Counted from the stretch's first letter, positions 16,280-25,897 are shown. The stretch is DNA of 64,000 nt from Candidatus Kaiserbacteria bacterium (GCA_023267655.1 JAHFMV010000001.1:31954-95953); one strand, 5' to 3'. Numbers and translations are program-made. Notes: generated by a model from the letters alone, not told the origin.

Positions 16280-17473
16280 ATGCCGCTCATTGCTGGCGGT
16301 ATCGTGGTTCTTGTCGGGGTTGCGGGGTTTTTCGCCCCGTCTTCGCCTATCGAGCCGATCGAACCTGTGGCAACGACAACGCCCGTCATCCTGCCAGCAA
16401 GCACGAGCTCGCCGGCCGTACCTATGCCGGAGCCATTGATGCCATCGCATATTCCTGTGGCAACCCCGTCCGAATCGGGAAGCGTCGGTCTTTCGGTCGC
16501 GGAGACACTGACGGGATTAAGCGCGAGCGAACTTTCAAAACAGCTCGACGATATGCAGGCGCTACACACCACGTGGATTCGACTCGATTTCGATTGGGCG
16601 GTCATTCAGCGCGGTGGACCCGACTTCTATGATTGGTCGCGAGTTGATCGGGTTGTCGCGGCGACGAATAAGCGCGGATTCAAGTTGCTCCCGATCCTTG
16701 CATATACACCACGCTGGGCACGTAGCGAGGATTGTTCCGTCCGCTGCCCACCGACAGATCCGGCTACATTTGCGCATTTTGCCGCGGTCGCGGCGGAGCG
16801 GTATGCGCCACAGGGAGTTCACACGTGGGAAATTTGGAACGAGCCGAATGTCGCGTCATTCTGGCGACCGGGCGCAGATCCAGTGCAATATGCGGCGCTT
16901 CTGAAAGCCACGTATTTAAATATTAAAAATGTCGATCCGACGGCTGAAATTATTTCCGGCGGGCTTGCCGCAACTGATTCGCGCGGCGGCAATATGCCGG
17001 CGCGCGATTTTCTCTCCGGTATCTATGCCGCAGGAGCCGGGCCGTATTTTACGGCTGTCGGGATGCATCCGTATTCGTTTCCCGTGACCGCCTCGTACAA
17101 TGCTTCGTGGAATGCGTGGCAACAGATGGCGAACACGAACCCGAGTCTGCGCGATATCATGATCGCGAACGGCGATCGTGATAAGAAGATTTGGATTACG
17201 GAATACGGCGCGCCGACCGGTGGACCGGGGGAAGCGTCGGCGGCGTACGACCCGCACCAAAGTTCCGACCACGTGACGGAAGGGCGGCAGAAAGAAATGC
17301 TTGTTGATGCCATTGCAGATGCGGCGAAACACGATTGGCTCGGCCCCTTTTTCTGGTATTCCTACAAAGACATTGGCACGTCGCAAAGTTCAACCGAAAA
17401 TTTCTACGGCATCATTCGTGCCGACGGCTCGCACAAACCAGCGTACGATGCGCTGCACGAATTGTTAAAATAA
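16280..17473 (+). CDS. glycoside hydrolase family 5 (cellulase-like), N-terminally membrane-anchored
   Basis: Catalytic acid/base motif EIWNEPN and nucleophile motif WITEYG. N-terminal TM MPLIAGGIVVLVGVAGFF followed by a Pro/Ser linker. Confidence 0.8.
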   Translation: MPLIAGGIVVLVGVAGFFAPSSPIEPIEPVATTTPVILPASTSSPAVPMPEPLMPSHIPVATPSESGSVGLSVAETLTGLSASELSKQLDDMQALHTTWIRLDFDWAVIQRGGPDFYDWSRVDRVVAATNKRGFKLLPILAYTPRWARSEDCSVRCPPTDPATFAHFAAVAAERYAPQGVHTWEIWNEPNVASFWRPGADPVQYAALLKATYLNIKNVDPTAEIISGGLAATDSRGGNMPARDFLSGIYAAGAGPYFTAVGMHPYSFPVTASYNASWNAWQQMANTNPSLRDIMIANGDRDKKIWITEYGAPTGGPGEASAAYDPHQSSDHVTEGRQKEMLVDAIADAAKHDWLGPFFWYSYKDIGTSQSSTENFYGIIRADGSHKPAYDALHELLK

Positions 17474-17494
17474 TCCGCTCGCGGCGTCACGATT

Positions 17495-17600
17495 TCCAAA
17501 AACCGACGCCGCCGGAAAACCTCCTCTCGGTTGCGCTCCGGGCCGCTAGGCCAAGTCTTACAACCTCGCTGAGCTTTTCCGGCGTCGTTTTCGGTTTTTG
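17495..17600. terminator. long imperfect inverted repeat between convergent genes (bidirectional terminator candidate)
   Basis: aaaaccgacgccgccggaaaa … ttttccggcgtcgttttcggttttt. Confidence 0.4.
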
Positions 17601-17642
17601 AAAATCCGTCGCCGTCTCGCTGCAATTGGTAGAGAAATTTAT

Positions 17643-18965
17643 TCACCCCTCTTGTTCCAGATGTTGTGGAGGTTTCCAAGCGTGCATATATGCATCGGCG
17701 TGTCGATATTGAGATGGTTTAAGGAAGCAGGCTAGGGTTAAAAGTTCAAGTCGCGCTTCATACATAATATTCGGCCGATCGCCATACATCAAGTTGATAT
17801 AATCATTTGCACTTTCAATTCCGCGAGCCATACTTCTAAACTCTTTCACCAATTCTTTTTCCATTGACTCCACCCATGCAACTAGTTTTGGCTCGTTGGC
17901 ATGCCCCTTTTTAAAATTATCGAGCGCGCGGGAAATCTCTATTGTCTCAACGCCTGCGGTCTCAAATGTGCGCAAAAGCCTGTCGTGTCCACCTTTTTTC
18001 ATGCCAAGAAAGAGATGGAGAATTGCCTCGCCACCAGTAGTTGGTTTTTCAGAGGCGAAGTCTGTCTCGAACGCCTGTTCAAGCGCGGCGACAATCTCTC
18101 CATGCAACCCGTCAACGATATATTTGCCAGGTATTTTGCGACCGAGGGTAGTAAATACACGCCCACCCATAGTGGGGTACATCGTTTCCACAATACTAAG
18201 GACATTGGTAACATGCCGCAACGGATGACCGCGCAGCAATCCTTCCGTTACCGCGTGGAGGCGTTCATGATTTTCCGTCGCAATATCACGTACCGGACTT
18301 TCTTTGACAATGAAAACAGGACTGCCGCCGAAGAATATTCCGAGATTGCCTCTAAAGTGTTTCTCCATTGCGCTTGCTGAAATAGTCGCACGAACGGTAA
18401 ATGCGGTGTCGCGCCCTACTTCCATGATGTCATCTGAGACAAGATCTTGTACTCCTCTCTGTCGTAAAAAATTGAGGACATTTTTCCGCAAAGTATCACC
18501 TGTGCCGAGTTGTTCCGCTTGCTTGTACTTAGCAGTAAGGCTGGCTTGCATCACCTGAATATTTTCAAGGAAACGAAGCTCGTATCGCTTGTCTTCCTTG
18601 TAAATTTTTTCCCATCGATCGTAGAGAGGTTCGAGTGTGTTCATTTCCGCCTCCATGTCTTCCACAGCTTCCGTGTCTTCCATTTGCAATCGTTCGATCT
18701 CTTTTTCGACTTCCTGCAATTGCAGGAACCGCTCCTGCGTTTCGACTGAAGCCGATTCGTTGATTGCTCGTACTTTCGTATTCAAAATATCTAGAAATTT
18801 TTCCTTCGGGCAGGTGACTAGGTCTTCAACGAGGTTTCGTGTTGAACGGATCTGATCCGAAAGGGCAGAAAACAGAATCTCACTCTTTTTATCTTCGTAG
18901 TGAGAAAAACGCTCATCGCTCAACGGCATATGTCGCAAGTCTAACATGTCTTTTCCGTGGTACAC
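17643..18965 (-). CDS. hypothetical protein (440 aa), no recognisable domain
   Basis: Long ORF with coding-like composition; acidic coiled-coil-like N-terminus. Confidence 0.5.
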   Translation of the reverse strand: MYHGKDMLDLRHMPLSDERFSHYEDKKSEILFSALSDQIRSTRNLVEDLVTCPKEKFLDILNTKVRAINESASVETQERFLQLQEVEKEIERLQMEDTEAVEDMEAEMNTLEPLYDRWEKIYKEDKRYELRFLENIQVMQASLTAKYKQAEQLGTGDTLRKNVLNFLRQRGVQDLVSDDIMEVGRDTAFTVRATISASAMEKHFRGNLGIFFGGSPVFIVKESPVRDIATENHERLHAVTEGLLRGHPLRHVTNVLSIVETMYPTMGGRVFTTLGRKIPGKYIVDGLHGEIVAALEQAFETDFASEKPTTGGEAILHLFLGMKKGGHDRLLRTFETAGVETIEISRALDNFKKGHANEPKLVAWVESMEKELVKEFRSMARGIESANDYINLMYGDRPNIMYEARLELLTLACFLKPSQYRHADAYMHAWKPPQHLEQEG

Positions 18966-18973
18966 TCTATCCT

Positions 18974-19156
18974 ATGAAAGACTGGACGCATCTGTTCGAG
19001 AAATACCGTGGCAAGTGGGTGGTGCTTGAAAAGGACGAGGTCACCGTCCGCGCATCGGGCACCACTGCCCGCAAAGCATACGAAGCCGCGCACAAGCGCG
19101 GGATCTTGTATCGAGTGCCCGAGCGGCTTGAGAACTTCGCGGGCTATGGAATTTGA
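18974..19156 (+). CDS. small protein (60 aa) translationally coupled to the downstream aspartic protease
   Basis: MKDWTHLFEKYRGKWVVLEKDEVTV… Its stop overlaps the protease ATG (ATGGAATTTGA). Confidence 0.45.
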   Translation: MKDWTHLFEKYRGKWVVLEKDEVTVRASGTTARKAYEAAHKRGILYRVPERLENFAGYGI

Positions 19157-19592
19157 GTACAAGCGGTATCTCTATCCTGACGGTCGCATGATCGCACGGC
19201 CCGTGATCCCGATCCTTCTGCGCAATCCGCGTACCAGAGAATCGATCGAATACGAAGCTCTTGTCGACAGCGGCGCCGACCGCTGTGTTTTTCCGAGTGA
19301 GATCGGGGAGATGATCGGCATCGACATCGAGGCCGGCGATCGAGAATTCATCAGTGGTGCCGTGAGCGGAGAGACGCGCCCGCTCTATCTCCATCCCGTC
19401 GAGATCACACCGATGGGCGACGGCGCATCACGCAAATTACTTCTGCACGCGGGCTTCATGACCGACCTATCCGATAGCGGCCATGGCCTCCTCGGTCACC
19501 ACGGCTTCTTTGATGGGATTTTCTTCGTAAAGTTCCGATCACACAAAGGAATTCTTGAGATTGGCACGCGATTAAAGGTCGGCCGGACATAG
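19146..19592 (+). CDS. retropepsin-like (clan AA) aspartic protease
   Basis: ALVDSGAD matches the D-S/T-G-A catalytic motif. About 150 aa, the typical size of bacterial single-domain retropepsin-like proteins. Confidence 0.6.
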   Translation: MEFEYKRYLYPDGRMIARPVIPILLRNPRTRESIEYEALVDSGADRCVFPSEIGEMIGIDIEAGDREFISGAVSGETRPLYLHPVEITPMGDGASRKLLLHAGFMTDLSDSGHGLLGHHGFFDGIFFVKFRSHKGILEIGTRLKVGRT

Positions 19593-19600
19593 CGTTGCAT

Positions 19601-19726
19601 ATGAAAGTTATCAAATCACTCTCGTTCACCCTTTTTGTCTTCGGACTCCTCGGCTGGCTCTACATCGTCTTGAATTCCGCGATACACCCGTGGACTTTGG
19701 CGATGCCACTTTACACACTGCGTTAG
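19601..19726 (+). CDS. 41-aa single-TM peptide, paralog of 22985-23203
   Basis: MKVIKSLSFTLFVFGLLGWLYIVLNSAIHPWTLAMPLYTLR*. It shares about 80% nucleotide identity over about 85 bp with the other copy. Confidence 0.4.
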   Translation: MKVIKSLSFTLFVFGLLGWLYIVLNSAIHPWTLAMPLYTLR

Positions 19727-19733
19727 TGGCGAA

Positions 19734-20594
19734 TTAAAAATGCTTGCGAACAATCGCGTCTGTCAGTGTTGCGACTCTTTTCATTGCGGCGACGTCGTGG
19801 ACGCGGACGATATCGACACCTCGATCGATTAAAAGCGCGACCGCAGCCGCAGTTCCTTCAAGACGCTCGTGCGCGGGAAGGTTAAGAGTGTATCCGACAA
19901 ATGACTTACGCGATGGGCCGGCAAGGATAGGATAGCCAAGCTTTGTAAGCTCTCGGAAACGGTTCACCAGTTCCAGATTTTGCTCGACGGTTTTCCCAAA
20001 ACCGATTCCCGGATCGATAATAATATTTTCTTTTTTTATGCCTGCAGTGAGAGCGTCGTCGATTGAAACTTGTAACTCACGTTCTATATCCGTCATGAGA
20101 TCGCTGTATTCGACACCGGCATAACGTCCTCCAAGTGAATTGTGCTTAGTAACATCTTTCTCGCGACTACGATTGTGCATCACGACGATGGGTACCCCTT
20201 TGCTCGCAGCAACATGTGCCATGTTTTTGTCGCGTTGCAGACCCCACACGTCGTTAATCATACCCGCGCCTGCTTCAACCGCGTGTCGCGCAACTTCTGA
20301 TTTGTACGTGTCGATTGAAATGGGGATCCGTACTTTCGTCGCGAGACCTTGTATCACCGGGATCACTCGCGCAAGTTCTTCTTCTTGCGAAATCGGCACG
20401 CTGCCGGGGCGTGTGGATTCGCCGCCAACATCAAGAATATCTGCCCCTTCGGCTTCCAATCGTGCACCTTGTTCAATTGCCCCCGCGATCCAATTGTCAT
20501 CCTGAAGCACGCCATCCCCAGAAAAAGAATCAGGCGTGACATTAATGACGCCCATGATATATGTCTTCGAACCCCACGTGAAGTTTTTGTTCAT
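19734..20594 (-). CDS. folP: dihydropteroate synthase
   Basis: Pterin-binding DHPS blocks: MGVINVTPDSFSGDG, ADILDVGGESTRPG, ISIDTY, MINDV. Confidence 0.9.
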   Translation of the reverse strand: MNKNFTWGSKTYIMGVINVTPDSFSGDGVLQDDNWIAGAIEQGARLEAEGADILDVGGESTRPGSVPISQEEELARVIPVIQGLATKVRIPISIDTYKSEVARHAVEAGAGMINDVWGLQRDKNMAHVAASKGVPIVVMHNRSREKDVTKHNSLGGRYAGVEYSDLMTDIERELQVSIDDALTAGIKKENIIIDPGIGFGKTVEQNLELVNRFRELTKLGYPILAGPSRKSFVGYTLNLPAHERLEGTAAAVALLIDRGVDIVRVHDVAAMKRVATLTDAIVRKHF

Positions 20595-21076
20595 ATCTGG
20601 TGCGCAGTGCGAACGACCCCTCGTGATGAAATCTTTTTGAACAGATATCGCATCGTCAATCGCAGCCGTGGATGAACAAGATCGGGCGCGATATCGGTAA
20701 GAGGTGCAAGAACAAATGCGCGTTCATGCATCCGTGGGTGGGGGATCGTGAGTGAGGGAGAATCCATTTGCTGGTCGTCATACAGCACAATGTCGAGGTC
20801 AATGACACGCGGGCCATTGCGAAAAGTCTTCGTGCGTCCGACTGCCTCCTCTACACTCTTTAGATGCGCAAGGAGTTTTTCCGGCGACAAGTCAGTCCGC
20901 ACTCGCACAACCGCGTTGCAGAATGCCGGTTGTTCGCGTACATATTGCGGCTCGGTCTCATAGATCGGCGATAGTGCTTCAACCACCACGCCCGGCTCCA
21001 GCCTCTGTAGAGCTTCACGCATATGACGAGCCCGGTCGCCGAGATTTGAGCCGAGCGCTATGTATACGATCGCCAT
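20591..21076 (-). CDS. folK: 2-amino-4-hydroxy-6-hydroxymethyldihydropteridine pyrophosphokinase (HPPK)
   Basis: MAIVYIALGSNLGD…; GPRVIDLDIVLY; ERAFVLAPL. The stop overlaps the folP start (4-nt overlap). Confidence 0.85.
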   Translation of the reverse strand: MAIVYIALGSNLGDRARHMREALQRLEPGVVVEALSPIYETEPQYVREQPAFCNAVVRVRTDLSPEKLLAHLKSVEEAVGRTKTFRNGPRVIDLDIVLYDDQQMDSPSLTIPHPRMHERAFVLAPLTDIAPDLVHPRLRLTMRYLFKKISSRGVVRTAHQI

Positions 21077-21142
21077 GGACATCAAGCCTATCATTACGCT
21101 GCGATTTTGCGGAAATACCACCGATGCTATAGTGCGGGCACT

Positions 21143-21847
21143 ATGCAGGTAAAGGCTGTACGGACACGCATTTTTAAAGAGGGGGAAGATCTTCTCACCT
21201 TCATTCGTGCCCATATTCCATCGCTCAAGGATGGTTCAATACTTTGCGTTACGTCGAAGATTGTGGCGCTTTCAGAAGGGCGGACAGCGCCGGTCGCGCA
21301 TAAAACAAAACTCATAGCCGAAGAAAGTGAATGGGCTATGCCAACGAAATATGCGTGGTTAACGATTAAAGATGGCACGGTGATGGCGACCGCAGGAATC
21401 GATGAATCGAATGCGAATGGAAAGATAATTCTTTTGCCAAAAGATAGTTTTGTCACCGCAAGTTCCTTGAGAAAAAGATTGCTAAAACTATACGGCATCA
21501 AACATCTCGGAATGATGATCACTGATAGCCGAGTATTGCCGCTTCGTTCTGGCGTGACCGGAGTTGCCGTCGGCTACGCGGGATTTAAAGGCGTCATGGA
21601 CTATCGGGGACAAGCGGATATTTTTGGCCGGAAATTGAAAATGACGCAAGTGAATGTCGCTGATGCTCTTGCGACGTTTGCGGTTCTCGAAATGGGCGAA
21701 GGGAATGAGCAACGCCCACTCGCGGTCGTGAGCGGAGCATCCGTGGTTTTCGTCGTAAAAGTAAATCGCAATGAATTGAAAATCGATATTCAGGATGACT
21801 TATATCGCCCACTTTTCGACAAGTTGCCGAAAAAAGTACGCCGTTGA
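21143..21847 (+). CDS. CofE-like gamma-glutamyl ligase family protein (candidate FolC2-type dihydrofolate/folylpolyglutamate synthase)
   Basis: MQVKAVRTRIFKEGEDLL…CVTSKIVALSEGR…AGIDESN… matches F420-0:gamma-glutamyl ligase family blocks. It is divergently adjacent to folK-folP. Confidence 0.65.
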   Translation: MQVKAVRTRIFKEGEDLLTFIRAHIPSLKDGSILCVTSKIVALSEGRTAPVAHKTKLIAEESEWAMPTKYAWLTIKDGTVMATAGIDESNANGKIILLPKDSFVTASSLRKRLLKLYGIKHLGMMITDSRVLPLRSGVTGVAVGYAGFKGVMDYRGQADIFGRKLKMTQVNVADALATFAVLEMGEGNEQRPLAVVSGASVVFVVKVNRNELKIDIQDDLYRPLFDKLPKKVRR

Positions 21848-21934
21848 CCTTTTATGCATCCTACGATAGGTTTCGAGCGAGACTTCTTCTTGTTGCAGGA
21901 GATCAGGGTGAAAAAGAAAGCCAAGGGGCCGATC

Positions 21935-22912
21935 ATGGCCCATATTCTTCGTAAAATCGCGCCACGAATCGGTGCAAAGGTCGTGATGGAGCCGAAATGG
22001 GGTATTGTCGGGCAAATCAATTTTGCGAGTGGTAGGAGACGATACTTTCGCTTTTCGAGTATTGATTTGAATTCGCTTGGGGCGACGGAAATCGCGAAAG
22101 ACAAGGACTACGCAAGCTTTTTCCTGAAGCGCATGGGATATCCAACTATTCAGGGCAAGACGTTTTACGCGAAGACTTTTTGCGAGCAAATCGGATCCGA
22201 CCAAGATATCGACGCGGCATACTTGTATGCCCGAAAAATCGGCTTTCCCGTAATCGTTAAGCCCAACAGTGCGAGTCAGGGAAAAGGCGTTGCGCTCGTA
22301 CATACGCGCCGTGAATTTTACCGGCGTATGCGTGCAATCTTCAGAATCGATCGTGTTGCGCTCGTGCAGAGGCCGGTCGCTGGAAATGATTACCGTATTG
22401 TAGTCCTGGATACGAAGGTAATATCGGCATATGAGCGGATTCCGCTCAATGTCACCGGCGACGGCGTCTCAACAATCCGGCAACTGCTCGAGAAGAAGCA
22501 GGACGCGTTCATTCGAAGTGGGAGAGATACGAAACTCAAGTTTGATGATCCTCGGATATCTGCAAAGCTTTCTCGCGTGAAATTGAGGGTAGATTCTGTT
22601 CTTGAGAAGGGTCGGAAAATATATCTACTCGATAATGCAAATCTTTCTGCTGGTGGTGATTCTGTCGACGTGACATCGCAGATGCATCCCGAGTTCAAAG
22701 AACTCGCGATACGAATTACAAAAGATATGGGACTGCGTCTGTGCGGCGTCGACCTGATGGTCGTAGGGGATATTTCGCATCCCGTGAAGAAGTATTGGAT
22801 CCTTGAGATAAATGCCGCTCCAGGGCTTGACCACTATGCCGCAAGCGGCAAACAACAAGAGAAGATCGTGGAGGATCTGTACCTTGAAGTTCTTAAGAGT
22901 ATGGACGCATGA
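21935..22912 (+). CDS. ATP-grasp ligase (RimK/cyanophycin-synthetase-like glutamate ligase family)
   Basis: VIVKPNSASQGKGV, NDYRIVVLD, LCGVDLMV…ILEINAAPGL. Confidence 0.7.
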   Translation: MAHILRKIAPRIGAKVVMEPKWGIVGQINFASGRRRYFRFSSIDLNSLGATEIAKDKDYASFFLKRMGYPTIQGKTFYAKTFCEQIGSDQDIDAAYLYARKIGFPVIVKPNSASQGKGVALVHTRREFYRRMRAIFRIDRVALVQRPVAGNDYRIVVLDTKVISAYERIPLNVTGDGVSTIRQLLEKKQDAFIRSGRDTKLKFDDPRISAKLSRVKLRVDSVLEKGRKIYLLDNANLSAGGDSVDVTSQMHPEFKELAIRITKDMGLRLCGVDLMVVGDISHPVKKYWILEINAAPGLDHYAASGKQQEKIVEDLYLEVLKSMDA

Positions 22913-22917
22913 CCGCG

Positions 22918-22950
22918 AGGCGCCGGAGCAATCCGGCGCCGCTTTTTATT
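22918..22950 (+). terminator. rho-independent terminator
   Basis: ggcgccggagcaatccggcgcc followed by gcttttta. Confidence 0.5.
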
Positions 22951-22984
22951 TGCCACTACAGTATTCATACCATATAGTCTATTT

Positions 22985-23203
22985 ATGAGAATTCTTAAAG
23001 CCGCATCCTTTACACTTTTTGTCTTCGGACTCTTGGGATGGCTGTATATCGTCCTCAATTCGGAGATACATCCGTGGACGCTTTCGATGCAGCTCACTCA
23101 TTTTCTGCCGTTTCCGCGCGAGGATACGGCGGGGGAGATTAGTTTTGTCGTGTCGCTCGTTTCTTTCTTTGTTTGGAATCTCGTGAAAGATGGCCAGCGA
23201 TAA
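22985..23203 (+). CDS. small single-TM protein, paralog of 19601-19726
   Basis: MRILKAASFTLFVFGLLGWLYIVLNSEIHPWTLSMQ…. Confidence 0.4.
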   Translation: MRILKAASFTLFVFGLLGWLYIVLNSEIHPWTLSMQLTHFLPFPREDTAGEISFVVSLVSFFVWNLVKDGQR

Positions 23204-23278
23204 GAACCTAGCGCTCACGCCACTTTCATAATCACTACGCATACTTTATGTGTGGTTATCAGTTAACCTTTAGATTTT

Positions 23279-23431
23279 ATGTTAACAATCGCAGCATTGC
23301 TCGTTGGGCTTTGGTTCTTCGCGCTGATGATGTCATTTACGCTCGGCGGATTTATCCACCTTCTCTTAGTTGTCGCAGTCGTGATGGCGCTCGTGCGCGT
23401 AATCGAGGGGGAAAATCCTCTGCAGGCGTAG
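23279..23431 (+). CDS. lmo0937-family small membrane protein (50 aa)
   Basis: MLTIAALLVGLWFFALMMSFTLGGFIHLLLVVAVVMALVRVIEGENPLQA*. Size and pattern (G-G-x-IHLLLV) match the lmo0937 family. Confidence 0.5.
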   Translation: MLTIAALLVGLWFFALMMSFTLGGFIHLLLVVAVVMALVRVIEGENPLQA

Positions 23432-23466
23432 TTGGGCGACTCTCTGCAGAGTGGTAAAATACGGAA

Positions 23467-24189
23467 ATGGCGCTTCTTGCAGTCTCATTTATCGCCGGCA
23501 TTCTCACCGTCCTTGCGCCGTGCATTTTGCCGCTCTTGCCGGTGGTGATCGGATCATCGGCGACAGGACGCTCGCGCGCGACGCCGTACATCGTTGTCGG
23601 CTCGCTCGCCGCATCGATCATTCTCTTTACCTATCTCCTCAAAGTTTCTTCGCTCTTTATTGATGTCCCGCCGCAATTCTGGACGTATCTCTCGGGTGGT
23701 ATTTTGGTTCTCTTTGGACTCGTTCTCGTCTTTCCGTCGCTCTGGGAAAATCTACCGGGGATCAATCGCCTCATGCGATCGTCCAATGCACTTGTCGGAA
23801 AAGGGTATCAAGAGAAAAGCTTTTGGGGCGATGTCTTGATCGGCGCTGCACTTGGGCCTGTCTTTTCTTCGTGCTCGCCGACGTATTTTGTCATTCTTGC
23901 GTCAGTCTTGCCCGCATCGTTCGTTCTGGGCACGATCTATTTGCTTGCTTACGTCCTCGGCCTCTCGCTCGTACTCCTGTTCATCGCGCTTCTCGGCGAC
24001 AAGCTTGCGTCGCGGCTTTCATATGCCGCGGATTCGCACGGATGGGTCAAGCGCCTCGTCGGCGTTATATTCGTTATTCTCGGACTACTCATCTTTTCCG
24101 GTTCGGAAGCGGGATTTGAAAAATGGCTGCTTGATCATGGCGTCGACCTAATTCCGCTTGAACAGCGAATATTACAAATGTCACAGTAA
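23467..24189 (+). CDS. ccdA: cytochrome c-type biogenesis / thiol:disulfide electron-transfer membrane protein CcdA (DsbD family)
   Basis: Two conserved Cys in TM helices (LAPCILPLLP and SSCSP); six TM helices. Confidence 0.8.
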   Translation: MALLAVSFIAGILTVLAPCILPLLPVVIGSSATGRSRATPYIVVGSLAASIILFTYLLKVSSLFIDVPPQFWTYLSGGILVLFGLVLVFPSLWENLPGINRLMRSSNALVGKGYQEKSFWGDVLIGAALGPVFSSCSPTYFVILASVLPASFVLGTIYLLAYVLGLSLVLLFIALLGDKLASRLSYAADSHGWVKRLVGVIFVILGLLIFSGSEAGFEKWLLDHGVDLIPLEQRILQMSQ

Positions 24190-24193
24190 TACT

Positions 24194-25240
24194 ATGCGTC
24201 CCGTACTTGCACTCGGTATCATCATCGCTGGACTTGCCGGAGGAGCATTTCTTTACATTTGGTCATCGGGTAATGCGAGTGCCGTTAAAATGTCGCTCAC
24301 GGGCACCGAACCGTACCGCGAAATAGTGAATCCGTCGGGCTTTGTAAACAGCGATCCCTTTACGCTCCAATCGCTCATCGGCAAGAAAGTTATCCTTCTC
24401 GATTTTCTCACCTACAGCTGCATCAACTGTCAGCGCACGTTTCCGGCACTTAATGCATGGTACAGCGCCTACGAAAAAGACGGGCTCGAAATCATCGGCA
24501 TCCACACGCCGGAATTTTCGTTCGAGAAGAATCTCGACAACGTCCGCGCGGCGGCTGCGCAATTCGGCATTAAATTTCCGCTTGTGCTCGACAACGACTA
24601 CTCGACATGGAATTCTTATGGCAACCAATACTGGCCACACAAGTATCTGATTGATATACACGGCAACATTATCTACGACCATATCGGCGAAGGCGGCGAC
24701 AGGGAAACGGAAGCGGAAATCCGGAAGGCGCTCGATGAGCGCGCGTCGGTTCTTGGCCAGAACGTTACGCTCCCGCAGCCGGTGAGCGCGGGCGACGGCC
24801 TTGATGTCACAGCACTTTCTCGCTCACAAGAAATTTATTTCGGCGCGGAACGCAATTCATTCCTCGCGAACGATCCCGGGATGCTCGGCGAATCAGATTT
24901 CATGCTTCCGGATTCATTCAAGCTCAATAGCCTCTATCTCGGCGGGAAATGGAATATCACACCCGAATATGCGGAAGCGAAGGCAGGTGACATGATCGCG
25001 GTACGGTACCGCGCCAAAGAAGTGTATTTTGTGGCGAACGCGCCGTTAGGAGTTGTCATCCACGTGTTCCAAGATGGCAAGCTGCTCGACACACCGGCGA
25101 AAGACGTCGTGAAAGGCGCCGCGACAATTAAAGAGGATCGCTTGTACACGATCATCCAGAATTCGAACATTGAGGAACACGTACTCGAAATCCGTATCGA
25201 AGGTGACGGCCTCAAGGCGTATACACTCACGTTTGGTTGA
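24194..25240 (+). CDS. membrane-anchored thioredoxin-fold thiol-disulfide oxidoreductase (TlpA/ResA-like) with a C-terminal beta-rich extension
   Basis: CxxC active site (YSCINCQ) in a redoxin/AhpC-TSA context; N-terminal TM helix. It is adjacent to ccdA, the classic CcdA-ResA arrangement. Confidence 0.75.
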   Translation: MRPVLALGIIIAGLAGGAFLYIWSSGNASAVKMSLTGTEPYREIVNPSGFVNSDPFTLQSLIGKKVILLDFLTYSCINCQRTFPALNAWYSAYEKDGLEIIGIHTPEFSFEKNLDNVRAAAAQFGIKFPLVLDNDYSTWNSYGNQYWPHKYLIDIHGNIIYDHIGEGGDRETEAEIRKALDERASVLGQNVTLPQPVSAGDGLDVTALSRSQEIYFGAERNSFLANDPGMLGESDFMLPDSFKLNSLYLGGKWNITPEYAEAKAGDMIAVRYRAKEVYFVANAPLGVVIHVFQDGKLLDTPAKDVVKGAATIKEDRLYTIIQNSNIEEHVLEIRIEGDGLKAYTLTFG

Positions 25241-25803
25241 TCGATATGGCGTGGAAAATATTTCTCGGGGTTGGTGCGATCTTTGCGATACATGCAGTTG
25301 TGTTGTGGTTGCTCGGTCAACCCATAATCTGCGCGTGCGGGTATGTCCAGGTGTGGCACGGTAGTGTACTCGATGCGGGAAACTCGCAGCACCTGTTCGA
25401 CTGGTACTCGCTCTCGCATGTCATTCACGGTCTCTTGTTCTACGCGCTGTTCACCTACCTCTTTCCACGACTGCCGCTTGCGCACCGACTGCTGCTATCG
25501 GTCGGTCTCGAAGCCGCATGGGAAATTGTTGAAAACACTCCGGCGGTGATTAATTACTATCGCGAACAAGCGCTTGCCCAGGGATATTCCGGCGACAGCA
25601 TCATCAATTCGCTGAGCGACGCAGTCGCCGCTCTGTGTGGATTTCTTTTCGCTTCACGGGCCCGCACGTTGACGAGCGTCATAGTCGCGCTCTTCCTAGA
25701 GTGCCTCGCACTCTATATGATCCACGACAATTTGACGCTCAATATTATGCAATTTTTCTGGCAGCCGGACTTTTTAGCGCAGTGGCAGTCGCAGATACAA
25801 TGA
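25237..25803 (+). CDS. DUF2585/UPF0314-like polytopic membrane protein
   Basis: Four hydrophobic helices, HGLLFY and EN.P motifs; ATGA overlap with the upstream gene. Confidence 0.55.
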   Translation: MIDMAWKIFLGVGAIFAIHAVVLWLLGQPIICACGYVQVWHGSVLDAGNSQHLFDWYSLSHVIHGLLFYALFTYLFPRLPLAHRLLLSVGLEAAWEIVENTPAVINYYREQALAQGYSGDSIINSLSDAVAALCGFLFASRARTLTSVIVALFLECLALYMIHDNLTLNIMQFFWQPDFLAQWQSQIQ

Positions 25804-25897
25804 AAGAGAAAGGTATCCACAGCCATGTCGTTACCTCTCTTTACAGAGGAGAATATGCGCTACAATGCAGGCATTACGTAGGGAAACTTTATTTATT

